Positions 31,400-41,484 of a DNA stretch of 64,000 nt are shown here, piece by piece. Location of the stretch: NCBI GenBank assembly GCA_963750165.1, contig CAVVPN010000012.1:992001-1056000 (forward strand), read 5' to 3'. This DNA comes from an uncultured Gemmataceae bacterium. Its GTDB lineage: Bacteria > Planctomycetota > Planctomycetia > Gemmatales > Gemmataceae. Under the pieces are notes generated by a model. That model searched no databases, was not told where the DNA came from, and was given only the letters and a program-made list of their open reading frames with translations. The position numbers and the translations under genes are program-made. Position 1 is the first letter of the stretch. Each line of letters begins with the position of its first letter.

Positions 31400-32060
31400 T
31401 TCAGGTTCTGGTTGTTCAGGTTGAGGTTTGTGGAATGAGGATAATTCCCGACAAACCAGGGTGGCGAAACATCCAGCCTGTGGGGGCATAACATAATTCG
31501 CCAACGCTTCGCAACCATAGGCAGTGCGAAGGATTGTAGAAGAAACTACAAAGGTGAAGATTACCGTCTTTATCGGGGAAGTCAACTGGAAAAACCTGCC
31601 CTTGAGGAATTCCCTGCACGGTTGGCGGAAGTGCTTATCCGCCAACAGTCAGCAAATGCAGTCCCATCCCGGCGGCGGCCCGATCAAGCTACGGGGTGGG
31701 GAGAACATACCGCGCGCAGCCGCGCTCAGGTGTGAAGGAAATATTTGGGAGAGAAGTAGTTAGAGGAACGTCAGGCAAATCGGTACGAGAGTAGGATAAT
31801 TTGCGCGGCGCAGAAAAAAACCTCCACCTGTGCCGTGTAGACGCTTTTGAGAACCCGCTGTGTAGTATGGGTGCCTCACGCCCGGCTTACGGATCCCACT
31901 GCATCAGGTGGGCTTGCATGCACCGGACAATTAAAGTTGGCTCCCCGCGGGTACTCCATCGGTTCGTCAAAAGTGCCGTCGATCACGAACACCGCAGAGG
32001 TTCTTGGCAGATGTTGCCACCTACCAACGACATTGTATCTCGCGCAGACGGCACAAGCAA
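31400..32060 (+). ncRNA. Candidate large, highly structured ncRNA (possibly GOLLD-like)
   Basis: More than 15 nested helices, multi-way junctions, a long-range tgtgccgt(31829)/acggcaca(32048) helix, G-U pairs favouring the + strand, A-rich joiners and no credible ORF. Confidence 0.7.
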
Positions 32061-32273
32061 GCGGCTGGCAGCCTGGGGGAAAAAATCGTGCCCAGGGTCG
32101 GCGGCGCCGCCGCCGCGGCCGGCAAGGTTTATCGAAGGCTCTGACTTTTTCCGGCAGGCAGGCGCTTGCCTGGCGAAGCCCGTCGGGGTTTAATCAAGTG
32201 TCCGGCGCTGCCGGCGTCGGTGGCGTTTCGTTACGTCAAGTGATCCGGGTCATCTTCAATCCAACGGCATCTC

Positions 32274-33635
32274 ATGGAACCGCTCCTCGTTCGCTATCAC
32301 ACCTACGCCAAGGCCGACCCGCCCCAACCCATCCGGGTCAAGGTGGGCGACTGGGGCGGCACGCCCCAGAAAATGCAGGACGGTGCCGCGGGGCAACCCT
32401 GGCACTGCCTGCCGTTCGTTGAAGCCTCGACGTACGGGTTGGAACTCGTTTATCAGTACGACACGGAATGTCAGGTCATCAACGACAACGGCGTTGTCCG
32501 TTTCGAGTGGGACTTCAGACAGGAGCCCGGGGGCGAGTTGACCGGCGGCGAGTTTATCTCCTTCGCTCCCAAACGCGCTTCCCGGTATTACCTCTTCAAC
32601 ACCGGGCTCGACGTGGTGGCCCCGCCCGGTCACGTGGTCCGCACCGAACCGCACCCGCGATTCTTCACAGACGACACCGACACCGTCCCCCTGTCGATGA
32701 GCGGCCACCTGCAGCAGGAATGGTATCCGCGGTTGCTGTTCGTCGTGTTTCGCGCCCCGCGGCCGGGCCAGCGCCACATTTTCCGCAAGGGCGAACCGTA
32801 TGCCCAGCTGCTGTTCGTCCCGCAGAGTGTGAGCTATGACCTCGTCGAGTTAACCCCGGAGGAGGCCGCCCGGCGCCGGGAACTCCAGGCCGCCATGACC
32901 ATCGCGCGCGCGGAAATCGCCGACCACAGCTGGCAGGACTGCGACGGCGCCATCCTGGATAACCATTACAAGGTCCTGGCGAACGCCTTCGCGCGCGGCG
33001 GCACGGCCGGCGTGGAGCAGCTGATTCAGGAGGGGGTCGTGCGCCACGAACGCTCCCTGCCGACGGACAAAACCCTTGCGGAGTGTCTAATTCTGGCTTC
33101 GCAGCTGGTGGGCGAACGCAAGTACCGCGCGGCCAGCGCGATTTATGCGCACGTCCTGAGCCACGAGCCCAACAACCCGGAAGCGCTGAGCCACCTGGGC
33201 ATCTGCGTTGCCTGCCTTGGGAACTTCACTCTGGGGATCGACATGATGGCCCGGGCCGTGGCCCTGGAACCGCGGTGGCCGCGGTTTCACAGCAATCTGG
33301 GGGAGATGCAGCGGCTCCTGGGCCGTCACCGCGAGGCGGAAGCCGCGTTCCGTGCATCGCTACAGCTCAACCCCAACGATCCGGGCATCTGGAGCGTCCT
33401 GGGCCTGACCCTGGCCCAGCAAGGGCGCCCCGACGAGGGCATCCAGGCCTGCCAGATGGCGTTGGCGCTCAACCACTCGTTGCCGGTCGCCCACTTCCGG
33501 ATGGGCACGATCCTGGCCCAGTACGGCCAGTACGCCGAAGCGCGCGCCTGTTTTGAGACCGCCCTGGTCCTCGATGCGAATTTCGCCGACGCCCGCCACG
33601 CCCTGCAAGCGCTGCCCGCGGCTGCGCCCCAGTGA
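32274..33635 (+). CDS. DUF6065-like N-terminal domain plus TPR repeats
   Basis: WHCLPFVEASTYGLEL...F.KGEPYAQL resembles DUF6065; five or more TPR motifs follow. Confidence 0.75.
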   Translation: MEPLLVRYHTYAKADPPQPIRVKVGDWGGTPQKMQDGAAGQPWHCLPFVEASTYGLELVYQYDTECQVINDNGVVRFEWDFRQEPGGELTGGEFISFAPKRASRYYLFNTGLDVVAPPGHVVRTEPHPRFFTDDTDTVPLSMSGHLQQEWYPRLLFVVFRAPRPGQRHIFRKGEPYAQLLFVPQSVSYDLVELTPEEAARRRELQAAMTIARAEIADHSWQDCDGAILDNHYKVLANAFARGGTAGVEQLIQEGVVRHERSLPTDKTLAECLILASQLVGERKYRAASAIYAHVLSHEPNNPEALSHLGICVACLGNFTLGIDMMARAVALEPRWPRFHSNLGEMQRLLGRHREAEAAFRASLQLNPNDPGIWSVLGLTLAQQGRPDEGIQACQMALALNHSLPVAHFRMGTILAQYGQYAEARACFETALVLDANFADARHALQALPAAAPQ

Positions 33636-33662
33636 ACCGTACCTCTGTACTCAAGGAACCGA

Positions 33663-35666
33663 TCAGGTTGGCCCCGCCAACACGCCGTCGATGAAGCGTT
33701 TGCACTCCGGCAGCGCCGCCAGGAAGGCCCGGCCATACGGCTTGGTGAGCACGCGCGGGTCGAGGATGACGACCAGCCCCGTGTCGGTGGCGGTGCGGAT
33801 CAGCCGGCCGAAGCCTTGCTTGAGCTTGATCGCGGCCTGCGGCACCTGGTAGTCGGTGAACGGCTGACCGCCCGCCGCCTTGATGGCCTCGGTGCGGGCC
33901 TCGACAATGGGCCGATCCGGCGCCGCGAACGGCAGCCGCGTGATGATGACGTTCGACAGCGCCTCGCCCTGCACATCCACGCCCTGCCAGAAACTATCGA
34001 CGCCGAGCAACACCGCGTTGCCGGCCCGGCGGAACTGCTCCAGCATCTGCGAACGTGGGATGCCGTCGCACTGGCTGAGCAGCGGCAGCCCCAGCCGGCT
34101 GCACCACGGCCGCAGCCGCGCCGTCGCCTTTTGCAGGCTCTGGTTGCTCGTGAACAGCACAAACGCCCGGCCCCCCGTGCGCTGCACGTACTCCTGAATC
34201 TTGACCAGCGCCGCCTCCTCGAAAGCGTCGCCGGCCGTGGACGGGTCAGGCATGTTGCGGAACAGGTGCAGTTCGGCCTGTTCGCGGAAGTTGAACGGGC
34301 TGCCGAGCTGTAGCGTCGCGCACGATTCCAGGCCGAGCCGCTGCTGCAAATGCTCGAAGCCGCCGCGGCCGCCGATGCTCAGCGTGGCGCTGGTCATCAC
34401 GACCGTCGGCACCTGCTTGTAGAGATGCTCCGTGAGTGCCGGGCCGACGTGGACCGGAGCGCTGGACAGCTGGATGCGCGGATTGCTCTGGCCGCTGACG
34501 TCCAGCCAGTAGACCTGTCCCGCCAGTTGCTGGCCGAGCCACTGTTTGAGCTGCGCCGCCAGGTCCGCGCAGCGGGCGGCCACCGACGACAGCTCGATTT
34601 TTTCCTCGTCTCCGGAGATGCGCTGGGTGACGACTTCCAGCAAACCGCTCAGCTTCGTCAACTCGCCGGAGAGCACGTCGGGCACGACATCCGGCTGGCG
34701 GACGCGGACGGACTCCGCCGTCAGGCCGCGTGGCCCGCCGCGCCGCGCCTGACCGTCGCGCCAGGCGAGCACGTTGCCGAAAAACTGCTCCGCCGCGGCC
34801 CGCGTCGCCAGCACCTGGTTGATCGTGTCCTGGTCGCCGTACAGGGCCAGCAGACCGTGAGCGGCCCCGCGCCGCTCGGTGAACAGCTTGTTGAGCAGGT
34901 AATCGACCTGGCCGCGCGTGACCTGCAGGCCCATGTGCTCCGCGGCCACGTCCTCCAGCGTGTGCGCCTCGTCGAGGATGGCGACCTTGTAGCGCGGCAA
35001 CAGGCTGCCCCCCTGCCGCCGCAGGGCCAGGTCGCTGAAGAACAGGGCGTGGTTGACCACCAGCAGGTTGGCGCTATACATCTGCCGCCGGGCCTTGAAA
35101 TAGAAACAGTTCTCATGGTCGGGACAGTTGCGGCCGAGGCAGTTGTTGCTGTCGCTCTCCACGAGATCCCACAGGAACGGTGGCGGCTGGAAGGGCAGGT
35201 CGCTCTTGCTGCCGTCGCGGGTGGTGCGCGACCAGCGGCCGATTTCCAGAAGTTGCGTGGCGGAACCTGGCTCGACGAGCAGCGTCCGCGCCCGCTGCTG
35301 GGCGACGCGCAGCCGCCGCAGACTCAGGTAATTGGACCGTCCCTTGACCAGGCAGGCGTTGAACGGCTTCGGCAGGACCGTCTGCAGGAACGGCAGGTCT
35401 TTCTGGATGAGCTGCTCCTGCAGGCTGATGGTGTGGGTCGAGACGACGACGCGGCACTCCTTGTCCTGCAGCGACGCCAGCAGGGCGGGCACGAGGTAAG
35501 CAAACGACTTGCCGGTGCCGGTGCCGGCCTCGACCATGAGGTGGCGCGACTCGGCGATGGCGCGCGCGACGGCGTCGGCCATGGCGAGTTGCTGTGGTCG
35601 GGCCTCGTAGTTGCTCAGCCGACGGGCGATGCTGCCGTCGGGACCGAGGATGGTGGCGTGCATCAT
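33663..35666 (-). CDS. dinG: DinG/YoaA-family ATP-dependent Fe-S DNA helicase
   Basis: [17 protein letters not shown]-x4-C-x4-C, DEAH, SATL, SFWQGVD and [10 protein letters not shown]. Confidence 0.92.
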   Translation of the reverse strand: MMHATILGPDGSIARRLSNYEARPQQLAMADAVARAIAESRHLMVEAGTGTGKSFAYLVPALLASLQDKECRVVVSTHTISLQEQLIQKDLPFLQTVLPKPFNACLVKGRSNYLSLRRLRVAQQRARTLLVEPGSATQLLEIGRWSRTTRDGSKSDLPFQPPPFLWDLVESDSNNCLGRNCPDHENCFYFKARRQMYSANLLVVNHALFFSDLALRRQGGSLLPRYKVAILDEAHTLEDVAAEHMGLQVTRGQVDYLLNKLFTERRGAAHGLLALYGDQDTINQVLATRAAAEQFFGNVLAWRDGQARRGGPRGLTAESVRVRQPDVVPDVLSGELTKLSGLLEVVTQRISGDEEKIELSSVAARCADLAAQLKQWLGQQLAGQVYWLDVSGQSNPRIQLSSAPVHVGPALTEHLYKQVPTVVMTSATLSIGGRGGFEHLQQRLGLESCATLQLGSPFNFREQAELHLFRNMPDPSTAGDAFEEAALVKIQEYVQRTGGRAFVLFTSNQSLQKATARLRPWCSRLGLPLLSQCDGIPRSQMLEQFRRAGNAVLLGVDSFWQGVDVQGEALSNVIITRLPFAAPDRPIVEARTEAIKAAGGQPFTDYQVPQAAIKLKQGFGRLIRTATDTGLVVILDPRVLTKPYGRAFLAALPECKRFIDGVLAGPT

Positions 35667-35932
35667 GCGGTCATTGTGGCCGAACGCCCGGTGTGCGGGA
35701 AGGTCAGTTCGGCGGCTTGCAGGGCGGTTCCCCGGAAGCGGGCTGTGCGGTATAATGAAGGAAGTGCCAGGGAGGGCTTGCGTTTCATCTCATGTCACAG
35801 ACACCCCTAACAAACCCAGGGGACGCGCGGATTCCCCACCCACAACCTCGCACCCCAAACAACTCCCAGCCGGAGCGGAGCCAGATGCGAACGACCCCGG
35901 ATGCATCCCCGTAATTGCGCCGGGGTCGCCTG

Positions 35933-35991
35933 GTGGGACGGCTCTCCAGAGCCGTCGCAGGCGCGCCGACGGCTCTGGAGAGCCGTCCCAC
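35933..35991. repeat. REP doublet (family A variant)
   Basis: gtgggacggctctccagagccgtcg ... cgacggctctggagagccgtcccac, same core as the 8.6-kb units. Confidence 0.85.
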
Positions 35992-36096
35992 GACGGGGAT
36001 TCGTTGCCTTTGCCACGACGGGGATGCACCCAACAACGCCGGGCGGCTTGCATTCCGGCCGTCGGGAGGATACGCTCGAATGAGGGTCCGGTAGCC

Positions 36097-36716
36097 ATGC
36101 TGAACGAACAACGCTGGCGACGCTTGTGGCAACGGCTGGGGAGTCGGAGCGACCCCGCGGGCCCCTTCGCGCAACTCCAGCACGCCTACTCCGAGCCGCA
36201 CCGTGCTTACCATAACGCGGCCCACATCGCGGACTGCCTCGCTCAGCTGGACCGCGCTCGTGTTCCGGTGAAACGGCTGGACGAGGTGGAAGTGGCCCTC
36301 TGGTTCCATGACATCGTCTACGACCCGCACGCGGCCGACAACGAGGAACGCAGCGCGGCCTGGGCGGCGCAGCGTTTGGCGGAGGTCGGGGCCGCTCCCG
36401 ACGTTCTCCAGCGCGTCGAGGCACTGATTCTCGCCACCAGGCACGATCGGGAGCCGGACTCCATTGATGAGGCGTTGCTCGTGGACGTGGACCTGTCGAT
36501 TCTGGCGGCGCGCCGGACGTGTTCGCGGCGTACGATCGCGCCATTCGAGAGGAATATCACTGGGTCGCCGAAGCCGATTACCGCGCCGGACGGGCGCGCA
36601 TCCTGGAGCGCTTTCTCAGCCGCCCGGCCATCTATCATACGGCGTACTTCCGGGAGCAGTTCGAGGCCCAGGCGCGGCTGAACCTGGAGCGGACGGTCGC
36701 CGCGCTGCGAGGCTGA
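36097..36716 (+). CDS. HD-superfamily predicted phosphohydrolase, frameshift near 36510
   Basis: YSEPHRAYHNAAHI, WFHDIVYDP, NEERSA, DVDLSIL, then IREEY...YRAGR..IL..FL.R..IY in a second frame. Confidence 0.85.
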
Positions 36717-36752
36717 TTCCCCGAAGCTGCCGCGGCGCTGGAGGTGTCCGTC

Positions 36753-37695
36753 ATGGTGCACCCGGAAACGGTTGGCTCGGCTCGCTTGCTGCCCGTGGAC
36801 TTTCCGCCGGAGGGCGACCGGCTGCTGGCGTTCAATCCCCCTGGCACCCGACTCGCGGTCTCCTGCCAGGACACCGATCACGTCCAGGTGTTCGACCCGC
36901 GCTCTGGCAAGGAGGTCACCCGCATCACGGACTTCTTTCGCATTTCCGGCATCGCGTTCCTATCCGCCGAGGTGCTGCTGGTGACGGCCTTCGGTGGCTG
37001 CATGTGCTGCGACCTCCGCCGGGGCACCCGCGGCCTGCTCTCCCCCGGAGGCTGGCAGACCAGCACCACGGTCAGCCCGAACGGCCGCCTGGTGGCCCTC
37101 GGCGTTAAGTGGGGGGTGGAACTGTACGATGTTCGCAAGGGGCAGGTGGTCCGCAATCTGATAGTCTTCTACGACCCCGACCACTACGGCCATAAGGTTG
37201 CCTTTTCGCCGGGCTACCGCTACGTGGCGGTTGGCCTGCGCGGGGCGCAGCACGCCCCTCGTGGTCGTCTGGGACATGCAAGGCAGGCGGCAGCGTATCT
37301 TCGACACCAAGGCCGATGCCCTCGCCTTTCGCGCGGACACCCTGAGCCTGGCGGTGGCGTCCGACAGCGGCTACGTTGAGCTTTATGAGCCGGACCAGGG
37401 AGAAGCGCCCGCGACCCAGCTCAAGAGCCCGTACGCGAACGCGCTGCAATTTCGAGACCGGGGTCGGAAACTGGCGGTGCTTGCGTATGATGGCGCCTTC
37501 TGCCTGCTTCAGGCGAAGACAGGGCAGGTTCTCCGGAGTTTGGCCGCGCCCGAGGGATACAAAATCCTGACAACGTCGGCGATCACGAGTGCCGATTGGT
37601 CCCTGTTCGCCGGCGAAACCGAGGGCGGGGTGGTCGTCTGGCCGGGCGACACCGCCGCACCCGGCGCCCCAACCCGACGGACACCGCGTTTTTAG
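36753..37695 (+). CDS. WD40/beta-propeller protein, frameshift near 37245
   Basis: Repeated AF(N/S)P.G..LAV and VVWD motifs across ORFs 36744..37379 and 37198..37695. Confidence 0.7.
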
Positions 37696-37846
37696 CGCGC
37701 CTGGCGGTGGGGTGGAGCGTCGGACCGGTTGGCAACCGGACCAACGAGACCGCTACCATCGCCTGCAACGTGCTCCAGTTTCGCGCGGATTCGGCCCGCG
37801 CGAAATGTCAACGAGGCAGCTCGAAATGCTCAGGGTGCTCGCATCC

Positions 37847-38914
37847 TCATGCGGGCTCATCCGCTGCCTCGGCGCACAGCACGGCGTAGCCGCGGCGGAA
37901 CTCCACTTCCACCTCACCGAAAGCGTCCGCGACCAGCTGACCGACCTGCTGCGGCTGCTTGGTCACCAGGTACAACCGGCCTCCAGGCCGCAGCAGACGC
38001 AGGGCGCCGTCAATGAACTTTTGCGCGATGCCCAGCTGGGCGAAGTACGGCGGGTTCGCCAGCGCCACGTCGTACGCCGCCGCTTCGCCGGCAACCTCGG
38101 CACTGGCAACGAGGTCGAACGCCGGCAGACCGTTGGCCCGAGCGTTGTGCTCCGCCAGCGCCAGCGCCCGCACGTTGCTGTCGATGAACGTGGCCCGACT
38201 GCCGGGTCCGCCGCGCAGGCCGGCGATGACACCGTTGGTGCCGACGCCGCAACCGATGTCCACGACGCGCGCGCCCGGCTCCACCTGCACCGCCTCCATC
38301 AGCGCCCGCGCCCCGTCATCGAAGCGGCCGTAGGAGAACACCCCCGGCCGCGACAGGAAACGCAGCGACGTGCCGCCGGCGCCGCGGACCCGATACGTCA
38401 GTTCGTGGCGCCGCCGCGGCCGGTCGCCCTGGCGCTGGCACCACAGCAGCGCCCCGCCGCCCGCCGCCGGCGCGTGGACACGGCCGTAAATTTTCTTCAG
38501 TGCCGCCGGGAAAAACTGATCCTTCTCATACGGCGACAGCACCACCAGCTGCCCCTGCGGCCGCAGCACGTGATACGCCTGCTCCAGCATGTCCAGTTTC
38601 AGCAGGCGTTCGCCCCCCTCCGCCACGGGATAGAGCAGCGTCGCGAAGCCCCCCGGCAAGTCCCACAGGTCCGGCGCTGTGGCCACCCGGGCTTTGACGC
38701 CGCGCTCCGCCAGCACCTCGCGCAGCCGCTCCGCCTGAAACAGGTCCATCTGGTAGCAGACGATTTCGCCCTCCCACGGCGGCAGCGACTCCAGCAGTTC
38801 CGCGACGGGCCGCGGCGAGCCGAGCACGACGCCGAGCGGGCCGCGCAACTGGTCGTGGACGGCCGCGGCCAGGCACGGCAGTGACACAGCTCTGTCAGTT
38901 CTTTTCCGGGACAT
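37847..38914 (-). CDS. Class I SAM-dependent methyltransferase (RsmC/RlmG-like)
   Basis: PGVFSYGRFDDGA, VDIGCGVG and NPPY. Confidence 0.88.
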   Translation of the reverse strand: MSRKRTDRAVSLPCLAAAVHDQLRGPLGVVLGSPRPVAELLESLPPWEGEIVCYQMDLFQAERLREVLAERGVKARVATAPDLWDLPGGFATLLYPVAEGGERLLKLDMLEQAYHVLRPQGQLVVLSPYEKDQFFPAALKKIYGRVHAPAAGGGALLWCQRQGDRPRRRHELTYRVRGAGGTSLRFLSRPGVFSYGRFDDGARALMEAVQVEPGARVVDIGCGVGTNGVIAGLRGGPGSRATFIDSNVRALALAEHNARANGLPAFDLVASAEVAGEAAAYDVALANPPYFAQLGIAQKFIDGALRLLRPGGRLYLVTKQPQQVGQLVADAFGEVEVEFRRGYAVLCAEAADEPA

Positions 38915-38929
38915 TTCGGGGCCTTTGAT

Positions 38930-39952
38930 TCACGAAAGAGGCGGCAGACCGACCGAGAATTCCACCACGCCCGCCCACGTCTGCCCGGGAGCCAGCGTCC
39001 GCCAGCCGGCGTCCACGCCGCGCTGCTGCAAGTTGAGCGCGTCGGTCGTGCAGGTGTACGGTTCCAGCGCGAAGGCGTGCCGATGCGGCGGCGTGAACGC
39101 GACCACGTCGCGGAACTCCGGCGACGCCCACAGCGTCAACTGCTGCACGCGGCCCAGCAGCTTCAGCCCATCGCGCTCCGGCCGCGCCGCCTCCAGGTCC
39201 GTCAGCACGTCATCCAGTTGCAAATCGCCGAAGCGGCGCGGTGTCCGCAGATCGCGGGCGGCGTCCACGGGCAGCCTGACGCCGGTCGGCAGCGACTGAT
39301 CCAGTTGCCAGAACTTCTGGGCCGGCGCCTGCACCAGCGCCCCGGCGGCACCGCCCGGTAGCTGGAAGTACGGGTGATAGCCCAGGCCCCACGGCAGCGG
39401 CACGGTGTCCGGGTTCTCCACCACTGCCTCCAACCGCAACCGCTCCGGCGTCAGGCGGAATGTCAGCCGCAGCCGGCAGTCAGCCGGCCACAGTGGCCGC
39501 GCGTCCGGGTGGTCACGGCTCAGCTGCCATTCCGCCGTCAGCCAGGCCGCGTCAGCGTCGGCGCCGTGGCCGAGCACGCGCCAGGGACCGCGGCAGGCGA
39601 AACCGTGGATGGCGTTGACGCCCGCGGGGTCGTTCTTCGGTAGCTCATATGTGCGGCCGTCCCAGGTAAATCGGCCGTCGCGGATGCGGTTCGGAAAGGG
39701 GAACAACACCGGGATGCCGCTGCGCGTTGGCTTGCCGCCAGCGAACAGCTGTGGATCGGCGTAGAGCAGTTCGACGCGATGCCCGGCCGTCGGCGTCAGG
39801 CCCGCGTCCGGCGTCACGTACCAGCGGAAGCAGTTCGCGCCAATCGCTGGCCAAACCGCGGCGCCGCAGCCGCGCTGCGGATCTTCGAGGATGTAGATGG
39901 TGCCGTCACGATCCTGGGCCGGGCGCAACTCGGTGCGTACCTGAAATGCCAT
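38930..39952 (-). CDS. Aldose 1-epimerase family protein
   Basis: GIPVLFPFPNRIRDGRF, NAIHG, GYHPYF, LDD and ALEP. Confidence 0.92.
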   Translation of the reverse strand: MAFQVRTELRPAQDRDGTIYILEDPQRGCGAAVWPAIGANCFRWYVTPDAGLTPTAGHRVELLYADPQLFAGGKPTRSGIPVLFPFPNRIRDGRFTWDGRTYELPKNDPAGVNAIHGFACRGPWRVLGHGADADAAWLTAEWQLSRDHPDARPLWPADCRLRLTFRLTPERLRLEAVVENPDTVPLPWGLGYHPYFQLPGGAAGALVQAPAQKFWQLDQSLPTGVRLPVDAARDLRTPRRFGDLQLDDVLTDLEAARPERDGLKLLGRVQQLTLWASPEFRDVVAFTPPHRHAFALEPYTCTTDALNLQQRGVDAGWRTLAPGQTWAGVVEFSVGLPPLS

Positions 39953-40020
39953 GCTCACTCCCTCCCCGGCGGCGTTCGGCCGGCGTATGGTGATCGATGC
40001 CCATCAACCCCCAGGTGTCG

Positions 40021-40070
40021 TCGGAGCCCGAGCGCCAGCGCGGGGCCCCTCGCTGACGCTCGGGCTCTGA
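40021..40070. repeat. Palindrome (REP-like family C), copy 2
   Basis: tcggagcccgagcgccagcg ... cgctgacgctcgggctctga. Confidence 0.8.
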
Positions 40071-40091
40071 CGCCCCAATGAGGATCCCACC

Positions 40092-41141
40092 GTGCCGACG
40101 TTACCCGCCGACGTGTTGCAGTCCTTCGCCGACTCCCTGTTCCGCGCCGCCGGTGTCGCCGACGACGAGGCCGGACAGGTGGCGCACAGCCTGGTTTTGG
40201 CCAACCTGTGCGGCCACGACTCGCACGGCCTGATCCGCATCCCGCAGTACCTCGACGCCGTGGCCGACGGCCGACTGCGGCCCGGGGCGGCGTTCACCGT
40301 CGTCAAGGAGACGCCGGCGGTGCTGGTCGCCGATGGCGGTCGCGGCTTCGGCCAGGTGCAGGCGCACCGACTGCTGCGGCGACTGGTGCCGATGGCGCGA
40401 CAACTGGGCATCGCGGCCGGCACGCTACGGCACACGGGCCACATCGGCCGGCTGGGCGAGTACGCCGAGACGGCCGCGGCCGAGCGCCTGGCGTTCATCG
40501 CCACGGTGAACAACCACGGTTACGGTCGCGGCGTGGCGCCGCCGGGCGGCACGGAGGGCCGCATCGGCACCAACCCGCTGTGCCTGGCGGCGCCGACGGC
40601 GGGCGAACCGGTGGTGCTGGACATCGGCACCAGCGTCTGCGCCGAGGGCAAGGTGCGCGTGCTGTACAACAAGGGCCAGCCGGTCCCGTCCGGGTGGCTG
40701 CTGGACGCGGACGGCCAGCCGACCACCGACGCGGGCGTGCTGTACCGTGAGCCGCGCGGCTCCATTTTACCGCTGGGCGGCCCGCAAGCCTACAAGGGCT
40801 TCGGCATTGGGCTGTTGCTGGACATGTTCGCGGGCGGCCTGTCCGGGGCGCCGTGCAGCCATCCGGGAGCGCCGAACCTGAGCGCCAACGCGGTGCTGTT
40901 CATCGTGCTGGACGTGGAGCAGTTCGCGGGGGCGGAACATTTTCTCTTCGAGGTGACGCGGTTGGCGGAGGCAGTGCGGACGTGCCCACGCGTGGCGGGG
41001 GTGGAGCGCATCACGCTGCCGGGGGACCCGGAGCGGTTGACGGCACAGCAGCGGCGCGCGGCGGGCGTGACGCTGGACGACGGCACATGGGGGCAGCTGG
41101 CGAAGGTGGCGGGGCGGCTGGGGGTGGCGGTGCCGGGCTGA
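40092..41141 (+). CDS. Ldh_2 family (type 2 malate/L-lactate/ureidoglycolate) oxidoreductase
   Basis: GHDSHG, HIGRLGEY, GTNP, LDIGTS, YKGFG and LPGDPE. Confidence 0.93.
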   Translation: MPTLPADVLQSFADSLFRAAGVADDEAGQVAHSLVLANLCGHDSHGLIRIPQYLDAVADGRLRPGAAFTVVKETPAVLVADGGRGFGQVQAHRLLRRLVPMARQLGIAAGTLRHTGHIGRLGEYAETAAAERLAFIATVNNHGYGRGVAPPGGTEGRIGTNPLCLAAPTAGEPVVLDIGTSVCAEGKVRVLYNKGQPVPSGWLLDADGQPTTDAGVLYREPRGSILPLGGPQAYKGFGIGLLLDMFAGGLSGAPCSHPGAPNLSANAVLFIVLDVEQFAGAEHFLFEVTRLAEAVRTCPRVAGVERITLPGDPERLTAQQRRAAGVTLDDGTWGQLAKVAGRLGVAVPG

Positions 41142-41226
41142 GGCAGCCTTGAATTTTCGCAACGCGATTGGTGCAATAATTCATCGTGAACAAGATAGTC
41201 CGTTGCTTGCGAGCAGGAGGTAACCG

Positions 41227-41484
41227 ATGCCCTTTGAAACAGATACGGAATTTGCCGCGGAAATCGGCCAGGACTACGGCGACTACCTCAGCACGTTTAT
41301 CAGCGAGCACCAGCAAGTCCGCGCCGACATCTTTCGCCGCGGTGACCATTTGGAAGCGCACGTCTCCTTTCTCACGGAACTCGACGCCACGAATGTGACG
41401 GACAGATACGTCAGCATTCTTCGTGAGTATGCCCGGCAGCAGGGATTCGAGGGCCGTCTGCAACTCTTTCTTTCCGATGATTGA
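41227..41484 (+). CDS. Small acidic hypothetical protein, overlapping the next gene
   Basis: Strong aggaggt RBS; 85 aa; stop overlaps the TTG start of 41481..42347. Confidence 0.65.
   Translation: MPFETDTEFAAEIGQDYGDYLSTFISEHQQVRADIFRRGDHLEAHVSFLTELDATNVTDRYVSILREYARQQGFEGRLQLFLSDD

Noticed and set aside
31400..32060. RNase P RNA, tmRNA, group I/II intron or rRNA fragment
   Set aside because: No GAGGAAAGTCC, no tRNA-like ends or tag ORF, no domain V or P7 consensus, and no interrupted host gene.
31343..32422. Short ORFs in the metH-TPR gap (e.g. 31524..31763, 31801..32193, 31343..31645)
   Set aside because: Atypical codon usage, no recognisable motifs or RBS, and they overlap the extensive RNA-like pairing.
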